The position numbers and the translations under genes were made by a program. Shown here piece by piece: positions 1 through 10,225 of a DNA stretch of 64,000 bases. The DNA is from Phoronis australis (Eukaryota > Animalia > Phoronida). Under the pieces are notes generated by a model. That model did not search any database and had not been told where the DNA came from. It saw only the letters and a program-made list of their open reading frames with translations. Every line of letters starts with the position of its first letter. Within the stretch, counting starts at the first letter, position 1. Where the stretch lies: the NCBI GenBank assembly GCA_002633005.1, contig NMRA01000140.1, positions 620,001 through 684,000 on the forward strand, in the 5' to 3' direction.

Positions 1-242
1 CATACCAATCATATAAAAGCAAAGCATTTTTAAATTAGCAATACCGCATAGCAATACAGACAAGAAATGTAACAATTACCAAAAAAGCTACAGTTTGGCA
101 TGTATGGTAAAAGAGGATGATGTTTAATCTAAAATGCATTAAACCTGTAAGATGTGGTAACTATTGTGACGTAAACACATTAGTGGTTTGTGCTGTTCCC
201 CAAGTTGGGTGATACTCAGTCAGAGTTAGCACAGCGTGTTAC

Positions 243-3200
243 CTAAACATCTCCGAGTGAATGCCCAGGTCTCTGTGGCTCCAAAGACTGGCAAGGACAG
301 TGTCTGGGATGGTACCAATACCTGGCAAAAAGAAGACTCAAGTCAGCACATATCACTTCAACACAGACACATTTATGAGAACAACAAAACCCTAAAGTTT
401 GTTAAATTTAAAATCGTTTCTAAGGCATCTTTATGTCATGCTTTCAATTATCATTTAATAGACTCAAATGTAAATGCACCTAAAATCAAATAAAACTGGC
501 CAGTTAATACTAAACATTTGACATACAATATTTTGTTTCAGTGACAGTACGAAAGCTATTTCATATCAACACAATCTCATTTTTTAATGGGCGTAATGTG
601 ACAAAAGCCATTTTATGGATTATTCCAGTGTTGTTTTCTGGGCAAGTCAGTTTGGACCACCCAACCATAATGTTTTGAAACGACAATCAGTTGAAATCTG
701 CTGTGTCCCCAGATGGTGACAGAGTGAAGTGTGCTATCTACTTTAATTGCGAACATGGCTATTACCAACGCCATGGAGACAACCATTTACTACAAGGTTG
801 CAGAGTGCTATGAGCACCTTTATTCAAGATGTGAGGCACTTAACACTCACCCATCTGTAAGGTAGAGCCATCTTGCACGAGATTGGTGGCAATTATTCGC
901 CCAATCTGTTCCTCGACTTCCGTGGCTGGCGGTAGGTGGAGCTCCGGCAGAGGTATATCCCCTTCCACCAGGGCGTCTATATGGGACACGTGCAGGTTTC
1001 CATCACCAAACGTTCGCGGGCAGTTGGGGTTGACTTGAGCTAAACGCGAAACAAGAGTCTTCTTACACACAGGTGAACTTTCTAAGCAACATATTTTACA
1101 ATATCAGTTATTCTTTAGTTTTGCAGACATGTGGCTAAATACACCAACAAGTCAATAACGCCCTCCACAATCTTAACTGACAAAAGCAATGACATGTAAA
1201 TACAGTTAGGCAGGTGTAAACATCTGAAATTTCATAGCCTAGAAAGCTACATGGGGATATACAGCACACATCACAAATTTGTGTTAGAAATTGGTCGACG
1301 ACCGGTTGTCGACTCATTGCCGACCAGTCGAACAAAAATTCAAAATGTGAGCTGTAGTATCAATTTAAAGTTAAGGCCAAACATAGATGGCTGAGTTGTG
1401 TATATATCCATGTTAGCATTTCAAAGACTGTTTATGACACAGGCTGTGGGCATCTGACTCTGAATGCAAAAACACTGCTACGCCATCTGTTGGCAATAGG
1501 GTCGAATGAGTCAACTATGACACAACTCAAACAAACCCACCAATAATATGCTTGGCATTCTGAATGGCGGCCCTAGTACAATCCACGCTCGCTCCCAGTG
1601 AGCAGTAGCCATGTTTGTCCGGCGGAGACACCTGAATGAGCGCAGTGTCAATCTTGACAATGTTACGTCTAAACAAGTGCACAGTCTCACACAAGAAGAT
1701 AGGCACAAAATCACCCCTTCCTTCATTCACTGCTTTACGGGCATTTCCAGAAATGAAGAGATTCTGTGCACGGAAAATACCTGTAAAAAGAAGACACCAT
1801 ATGAGTAAGGCAAATACTGGTGGAAGAGCTCCGGAATGGCTCAAAACTTTCAAAAAATTTCCAAATACGTATGTCAGTTCAATAATCTACTCATGGACAG
1901 AATTGGGACTGGATACAACACCTGAAATGTGAATGTCTACAGACTTGGTCTTTCACCAGAAACAACCTGTACCATAATTGCATAATAACACTTTCATAAG
2001 ACAAAGTCGCAAATGAACAATTCTACCTTTGAGTTTGTTAAAAAGATACTTAGAAAAACATTGTATACATGTCAAATTTTAATAAGCAAGTTTGAAAAGA
2101 ACAACTTTGACAACTATTAATGTGCGAGCGCAATAAGCGTTGAACAAAAGAAAAGTTGTTACCGAAAGACTCTGATAATGTCAAAAGGTTCAGAAGGTGA
2201 TAAGGTCACAAAACACATCCGATAAAAACATTGAGCTAACTAGTTAGTATTTCTGGGGTACTTTGCTATTTACATGTACTGACCCTCATATTCAGGCTTC
2301 ATGTACACTCCAGGGCCTTCTGTATGAATGTGCCACACTTTCACATTCTGTAGATTGGCCATTTTGCCATGCTCTGCCATGGCCTCCACAAGCTTCAGAG
2401 GAGTTGATGATGTGCCATGAATATAAACATTGTTGTCTGTAACAAACAGTAGAAATCATGCCAGCTATCGTCACAAAATCTCAGTTGAGACTGGTTGTCT
2501 GTGATCAACAAACTTAACGGAAAAAGGGTGGTGTCACACATTCAAAAATTAAAACCTACGCAATACCTAGGCTGACAAATAAAATATGTTCGTTGTCCTT
2601 GGAACAATACAAATGATGAAAAATCCTCAATTCCACTTCCAACCCAGACAATAGGTAAATACCACAAACCCAAAATACCTGTCCCCTGAAGACCGAGAGT
2701 CTAGTGGAGACCCAGAGCAATATACGTCAACCCCCCTATGATCGAGAGCTCTATACCCCACCCAAGAACAGATAGTCCTGAAAAGAATAACCATAAAAAC
2801 TTCGGCAAACATGCAAATTGCCTAACAAGACTGACAACAATTTACTAGCGACTCAGGCAAACAACCAGTGCCATCTATAAGTCATAATTCTCTAAGCATG
2901 TTATTCATTAGACTATTTTCAGTGGCTACTAGTATACTGTAATTTTCTTCAGGAAAATGTGCTTGACTTGTGTATATTTGGATCAGACCAGATTCAATGA
3001 TCCTGCTTTTAAGTACCTTTACTCTACGTTATTAATTGACAACCACTTACTAAGCTTCCAACCCCTGCCTTTGAGAAGGGGGAGTTCGGAGAGAAACTCT
3101 TTCCGCCACCTGCCACCTTTTGAGTTTTGTGTGATGTTGTCTGGCAACTGGATCTACCATTGTTGAGCACCAATGTAATGGCAAAATCCACATGCTGACA

Positions 3201-3623
3201 GCAGCTTCTCAAGAGGCAATTGGCACTTAGTAAGTGACTTACAGATGCTTTACACGAAGGCATGCCAAACTCGGAACCGAAAATTCACAGCAAACAATCA
3301 TTTTGCTTTATCCTGGTTACAGAAATTACAAGATGTCAATACAATGGAAGCTGATGCCAGTAACCAAACTGAGCTCTCTGGGCATAGACCACCAATGGGA
3401 CCAATCCAGTAGTATAGACTGTCTAAATTCTAAAAGACTCACCTGACCGTATAACCCCAACAGCTTCCTCTGCGCTCATCCATTGCGGTTCCTTACCAGA
3501 TATAGGGTGAAACGGTTCTGGCGAGTATAAATAAAAGCTTCTGGCTTGTTTCAAAAAGTTTCTGTTCACAAATCTCTTGATTCCGTTAGACGAAATATGT
3601 CGTATTGCAGCCAGACTTGACAT
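243..3623 (-). CDS. Acetyl-CoA hydrolase/transferase family (4-hydroxybutyrate CoA-transferase-like / acetate:succinate CoA-transferase), probably mitochondrial; first 5 coding exons, gene continues past left edge
   Basis: Exons 3623-3443, 2436-2284, 1780-1541, 1039-851 and 321-243 have GT/AG boundaries and join in frame. Motifs: SAEEAV, VYIHGTSSTP, FISGNARKAVNEGRGDFVPIFL, VSPPDKHGYCSLGASVD, AQVNPNCPRTFGD, GSTLQMGIGTIPD, LGIHSEMF (catalytic Glu region). The N-terminus is rich in Arg/Ser/Lys and lacks acidic residues, like a mitochondrial presequence. Confidence 0.93.
3044..3236 (-). other. Intronic inverted repeat / multibranch RNA fold
   Basis: Arms 3044-3078 and 3205-3236 (CACTTACTAAG..TGCCTTTGAGAAG / CTTCTCAAGAGGCA..CTTAGTAAGTG), plus internal hairpins that pair with G-U wobbles on the minus strand. 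Confidence 0.7.
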
Positions 3624-3639
3624 TTTTCACCGAGTGGCT

Positions 3640-3900
3640 GGTTGACCTTGGCTGGTGTTGTTTACTGACCTTGGCTTCAATCAGTCGGCACAATGCTTAA
3701 ATGTTACGCCATAAAGTACGTAAATTCTTTACAGTCAAATTCTAAAACCATGAACGGCTACCACAACATTCAATGAATCACACAAAATTGTCTCTTCTGT
3801 CTTCTACAGCTACAAAGACAAATAAACAGTGCTAAATCAAGATCACTCACCAGACGTTCTTACCGGAAGTAACCGGCTGACTTGAAAATGACGTCACAGA
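3640..3900 (-). promoter_or_regulatory. Putative promoter/5' region of the CoA-transferase gene
   Basis: Two CCAAGGTCA extended nuclear-receptor half-sites (~3643, ~3666), ETS/GABP-type CCGGAAGT (~3863), CRE palindrome TGACGTCA (~3889) and a possible 5'UTR donor CTG|GTGAGT at 3850. Motif matches only. Confidence 0.4.
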
Positions 3901-4886
3901 GAATCAACACTGGGCGGATATTTTTTTGCCCTCAGTCACTCCCAGCATTGCGGATAATGACGTGGCAGGGACGTGACAGTATCCGCGTGCAGACTTTGCT
4001 TGGTCCGCAATGTGCTATTTTCGCGTAGCTGTAATTTCACGTAGGGTAAACATTTAAAACATTATACGATTCCACCTTGGTGGTCGCCCCGACCAATCAC
4101 CGCGTCTGGTGCGCCGCTCGGGCCCGCGCCCGGCCAGCCGGCCTCCCGGTGGTGTTGATATATGGGCATGATAAAGTGAAAACTAGAATTCTAAAATGTG
4201 TCGATGGGTGTTCCGCCCGTACGGAAAGCGCCGGTGGTGCAGGTGCAGGGCGGGGTTTACTAGACCTAATCACGTTTGCATTTCAACTATTCAAATACTA
4301 TGCCATTTACGAACTTTCAAATACTATTTTCGGCCCCAATATGTTTATGATGGGTCTCATTATCTACTTGAGAACGATGACATCAGCAGTCTGAGACGAT
4401 TTAATTAACTGGTGTCTTATGATGAGTTGATCTAAAACCCATAAGTACGCAAACCGGCGTCGAGTTGGCCAGTCAATGGGAATGTCCCCGGTATTTTGGA
4501 AGAGGAGGCCCAAGCTTCAGTACAGTGTAGATCTGTATCGCTGTTGTTTCAAATGAAAGAGTTGAAATATGGCCCCCACTGACACATTCTCAACAGACTG
4601 ACACGTTTTCAATAACGGCAAAGGAACCCGTCCGGTTATTTTTCAACGTTGAAAAAGTGATCCGGGTCACTTTTACTCGGTGGTCAAAATTTATGAAAAG
4701 TTACTTTGATCGGCTCATCACTCGAACGGCCGTACGTTTGAGTCTACTCAGTTTCAATGTCTTTGTGATAGTCTTCTTATAAGCGATAGCGTGACATATT
4801 TTTGAAGTTACCTCACCTATCTGATAAATATAGTAATTTAAATTTTGGATTACGCCTGGCGATGGTCAAAAACTTTTTACTTAAGA

Positions 4887-5183
4887 CATGCGCGCACCCA
4901 GGGGGGGGGGGGGGGGCNGGGGCTCGAGGGGCTCGAATGAGCTCACCCCCTCCATTTGGCGCAGTGGGCAAAAAGGTCAGCCTCTCTGAGAAAAAATATG
5001 TCAGAGAAAAGGAGACAAAAGTCCACTAAACAACTCAAGCAAGCGCAAACGCGCAATTCTCGGTGGTGCCCCCCCCCACTATTTTTTCTTTTTTTTAGTC
5101 CGCCAGCTTTTCTGTTACCAAAAGGTCCACATCGCCGGTCAAGAATTCGAGCCCCCCCATATTGAAGGCTGGGTGCGCGCATG
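4887..5183. mobile_element. MITE family A, full copy
   Basis: TIR CATGCGCGCACCCAG...CTGGGTGCGCGCATG with 5-bp TSD TAAGA on both sides. Confidence 0.9.
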
Positions 5184-7747
5184 TAAGATACCATTTTTGT
5201 ATATTCATTTGCCGATTGGTTAAATTGTTGTCGGTTGCTACTACCCCTCCGTCTCACTCGGCCCGTGATCGGCGCGGCCCATGGGTGCTGGACTCAAATA
5301 GTGCAGCCGGGGCTGGTGTGCACACTGAAAATTCTCATCGTTAGTCTCCCGCTGCCACGCACGCTGTAATCAGCTTTCTGACGGACCTATATTCCCCCAC
5401 CCCTCCTCAATCCATCCACTGCTCGCCGAAGGACGAAATCGATCTGTTCCCGAACATTATTCCCAATGCTCGCAAAAGTTATTTTGTATCCTCGGAGAGA
5501 ATTCTACCACCACTCGAAGTGAATACCACCCTATACTAATGCAGATGAGCGGCGAGACCCCTGCCGGGCACTTATCGGCACCTATAGCCTCATAGGCGGG
5601 TCTTTTACGGATGTAAGGGCAGATACGGAGACAACTCACAAAAATGCGTCAAGTTTCGGGTTTTCGGAAACCGTGGGCACTTACGCGCAGACTGCAATGA
5701 AAAGCTTTAGAACGTGTCTGTACCAGCGGTTTTATGGACAAAATACAGGGACACTGCAAACATGCGTGTATTTTACAAAACTCTCACGGATGCGACAGGA
5801 CAGGTATCCCAAACAACAGCCTGTGAAGCGTTTAGTGCGCGAAGGGGGAATCACAAACAACGGGCTACGCAAGGGACAGCAAAAGTGGTGTACCAGATTC
5901 CCCAAAACAGGTTAATAAAATTGCTGCACATTATCGTATTTGGTAAATTTGCACAAGCGGAGTTAAGTATGTCGTATTCATTAGTACACTAAAATGGCAA
6001 CAAGAGCGCTCTGTACCCGTCAACGGAATACATTGAACCTGTGCTTGATGTGAAAAAAAGGGTTTCAAGTCGTTCCTCGGTCGTAATAAGTAAGATTACA
6101 GACCGTGCATTCAGATAAAAAAGCACGATCGATGTCTTAGACCGCTTATCATTATGCAGTTGGTTTGATATTGTTCCTCAGTCAAATGAGAGGTGATTTT
6201 AAAGTTCGTTATTACTCGAGACCAGATCGCTCTGAGTATCAATGCCATGCGCTTGTTCACAAAAACCTAATTCGGAACTGTCCAACTCATTGACGATGCC
6301 AGAAATTGCTTTTCACCCGCTAGTTCCAGTTGAAGAAAGAGCAGATAGAACGCGGGTTTACTCTGTCAGGATGATGTTGAATCGTGACCAGGGGAACAGC
6401 TTGTCAACGAAACAATAATCAGAGCTAAATTGGTGATGATAACAATACAATGCGCATTTTTGCTCACCCATAATTTGTCAGATATTTTTTGTAGAAGCTG
6501 AACTTCCCGGTGCTATGGCATTTCGCCTACGGAAATCGTACGCCATTGATTGTAACGATATATGCTACAAACAACTGGTCAAACATGACAATAACTTTTA
6601 CTGTGTGCTAAAATGAATAAATGTCGCGGTACTAGCGCCTCCGAGCGAAGTATATCATAAATATTTTTTTAAATCATGCCACGGCCAAGCGGTACCGATT
6701 AGCGTCAGGTGTACATAATGACAACTGGTTCTCACCGAGTTCATTGGTCATTGAAGGAGGAGGTGTATTTAAACCAACTGAACCTTAAGGCATGTTTTTG
6801 AAAGTGTAAGTGGACTGACTAATACGGATGTGGATGACAGGACTGCTAATTCCCACTCCCTTTTGCGGGGTAGATTTTTCTGTGAGACGGCCAGTGTGCC
6901 TTTTGCGGGGCTGAGGTCAATACAGTGGGCCTTTGTGGGGAAGAAATGGAAATTTAGGGCCTATTGGACCCCGCGCGGGTCCCGCAAAACTTGCTGAAAA
7001 AGTACCCTCTACCAATTTTTGGTACACGCGCCTGCAGGCACCTTGTCAATATGAGTGACCGCTCCCCCCCGAGTGAGAAAGACGTGTTGTGACCGTCATG
7101 CCCACTTCTCACTCGTGTAGAACACTTTGTTTCGGTTGATAGTTCAACTGTGCTCATTCTAATATCGCATTTCATAAAGGTTATCGAATAGGAACAGTGG
7201 CAATTGAAATCATTGGGCAGCAATTGAATAAGTATGTGTCTAAAAATACAGAATTGAGAGAAAAAATAAAAAACCTGACCTAATCACCGCGTTTTCGAGT
7301 AACTCACCAGACTCAACATGACGGGGTCTGGATGCGAGACAACTTCAAACCATAAAATAGAGTTACTTCGGCGTATGGAGGATTTCCAATAAAGCACCCT
7401 GCTCCAGAAAGCACATGGGCACATTTTTCGAAACAAAAAGCAACTGGTGATGTTTAGAACACATTCCCCCAAACACCTTTGTTATAATCTTCTTTCTTGT
7501 GATCCCAAAAAACCTTTTGTGCATAAGTTGGCCATAAGGACGCTTGATTTATTTACCAGCACAACAGACAAAATCGCGTTAGTAACCTGCCCGTGACCAT
7601 TGCGTTTTCATCGGGTTCCGTCTTGTTACAAAATCGCAAAAGAAGTTCCACTTTTTCTTGACTAGCTGACACACTAGATGCGACCTGATTGACCTTTGAC
7701 CATAAAATGACCGATAAAATGTATGATAGATAGAAAGATAGATAGAA

Positions 7748-7993
7748 CGAGCACCCCCATTTGGCGAAGTGGGCCAAAAGGTCTGCCTCAGGGAAACAAA
7801 AAGTCAGAGAAAACGAGCCAAAGGTCCTCTAAAAAGGCGCGCATGCACAATTCATAACTCTGAACGTGGTACCCCGGCCGTTTTTTTTGTTTTCTTTTTC
7901 TTTTCTTTTCTTTGTGCGCCGCTTTTTTGTTAGTGAGGGGTCTACAATGGCAAAAATTCGACCCCTCTATATTTTAGGCTGGGTGCGCGCATG
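7748..7993. mobile_element. MITE family A, partial copy
   Basis: Same internal sequence (CCCCATTTGGCG..GGGC.AAAAGGTC.GCCTC) and right TIR GGCTGGGTGCGCGCATG; left end is replaced by a (GATA)n tract. Confidence 0.8.
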
Positions 7994-8696
7994 ATGACAA
8001 AAGCAACGCAACTTGTTGAAATGTGCTCACCATTTTGCACCGTTACTGGACGCTATGGTTATGGTGGCGTTTATTAATATCATAAAAACGTCCACAAGGT
8101 AGCGCAAAATATTTCGAATCCATACGAAAGGAAAAGAATAAATAACTTGAGCGTGTAAAACCTGTAACCACAACCCAGCAACGAACAACTGCGGGATAGA
8201 ATTTATGTTACTCGATCTATTGGCTATGGGTGGCTCTCTCGATCTCTCCCCCAAGTATGCTGGACCACTGGTCATCAAAGACCTTAGCTGACAGATGATC
8301 GCTAGATTCTCAGAATCGGATCCCTAGCAGGAAGACCCTCTGACAGTCACACTCGGACCATCAGGAACTCGAGGCCATAGACCACTCAAAGCCATGACAG
8401 TTCACCTGATCTCCAAAAGATGGCGGCGCACGCACTCCTGCTACAAGAAGTGATTAAAACTTTCCAAGAAAACTGTTTTGATGTTTTCTTGATTTGTCAC
8501 AATGAAACGATCAAAAATGATTACGACTGTTAAAATAATTTGTTATCGTGCATTTTTTAATTACATACAGAGTGCTTTTTAAGGATATTGGCAACATGGA
8601 ATTCATATTTTTAGTGTGTAATCCAGTACTGTAATCTATATATTCTTATAGGGGCACCGGCCGAATGGGCATCTCTAGGTGGATGACTGAGGGCGC

Positions 8697-10140
8697 TTAA
8701 ACAGTCGAAAAAAGACAAAACTCTTCGTTGGAATTGTTATCAAGCAATTTCCCAGCGTTTATTACCAAGTCTAGTTTGCTACAAAATTTTGATGCAAGGA
8801 ACTTTGCATTCATCTCAGTTGAAGCCGAAAGTGCCGGTGAACCCAGTGCGATTCCGATACGAGCGGCTGTCGAGGTGTATGTCCCGTATTGGAATCGGCG
8901 CCGACTGGCCGTAGTGCAAAATACGCGGAAATTCAAGAAAACACATTAGTTGTTCATTTCATGTCAATTAATATTCAAGTTGCTCAAAATTGATACCTAA
9001 AACTTTTTATTCAATTAATTAGCACACATTCTCATACGGGCCCTTATGGAAATCTCCTTCGTTGCCGGTTTTCAGACCGCCACTTAAAAAAAAAAAAAAA
9101 GCTTCGTCCGAATTGTTATCAGGCAATTTCACAATGTTTATTATAAAGTGTAGTTTGGTTGATACCAATATTTTGATGTTAGGAGCTTTGCATTGATGTC
9201 TTTTTCAAGACGGAAGGTGTGAACGCCCTGCAATTCCGATTCTGGCCGCTGTCGAGTGTGTCCCGCCGTAAATGTTGGAATCGGTGACAATATGCCACTA
9301 AAGATGTTGAAAAATACGTGGAAGTTCAAGGAGCCACCATTTCGTATCAACCAATATACAAAATGCTCAAAATTGCTACCTTTAAAACTGTTTATTCAAT
9401 TAATTAGCACACATCCTAATACGGGCCAGTATCAGGGAATCCCTGGGCAGGTGATAGGCGACCGCCTAAACAGTCTAAACCCTTCATCCGAATTGTGATC
9501 AGGCAACTTCACAAGGTTCATGATAAGGCTTAGTTTGCTTGATACAAGAATATTGATGCTAGGAACTTTGCATTGGTGTCTTTTAGAAGCCGAAGGTGTG
9601 AACGCTGTGAGATTCCGATATACGGGGCGCTCTCGAGTGTGTGTCCGTATTGGAATCGGCGACAATAGGCCGAAAATTTTGGTGCAAATACGTGGAAACG
9701 TAACAACATATTTTAACTTTATCTTTTCGTATAAAGCAATATTCAAAGTCATCAAAAATGTTTTATTAGGAACTAAATTTTCAAAAGAATTCGCCTAGAA
9801 CTCCTGTAACTCGCAGTCGCCGCCATTTTGAAAACAGACTCGGAGTGCGTTAACCTTGCACAAAGATTGAAAATTTAATAGCAGTAGCAGCACGACCATA
9901 GACACCACAGTATTAAGATGTTATGATCACGACGTTGTATTATATTAAAACTATGAACCGAAGCCTCAGTTTCATGAAAACATACCCAATTACGAAGTTT
10001 TGTATATAATTTATCGTTTTTAAAACCAATCGTTAAACATATTACAATACGGGCCGCCCGTATTGGAATTCCGATACGGGAAGGCCCAAATCGGAATATT
10101 CCGATTTTGATCGGATTCCAATACGGGCCGCAACAGGGTT
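8697..10140. repeat. Three ~380-bp diverged tandem units followed by a palindromic terminus; probable non-autonomous DNA transposon
   Basis: GAATTGT(T/G)ATCA(A/G)GCAA..TAGTTTG..TTGATG..AGGA.CTTTGCATT recurs at ~8731, ~9110 and ~9490. The CCGTATTGGAAT/ATTCC(A/G)ATAC motif is repeated in both orientations and clusters at 10046-10130. Confidence 0.75.
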
Positions 10141-10225
10141 ACACGCTTATCTACTACTGGGTCAGCGATCGAATGTTGCTTGGCCTACTTGCGTTCACTG
10201 GTTTGGCAACAGGCTTATCACAGAC

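Noticed and set aside
3044-3236. Known riboswitch or snoRNA class
   Set aside because: I could not match TPP, cobalamin, SAM, C/D or H/ACA consensus elements by eye; kept only as an unclassified fold.
243-3623. Bacterial contamination or recent HGT of the CoA-transferase
   Set aside because: It has canonical introns and a presequence-like N-terminus, and the family is known in invertebrates.
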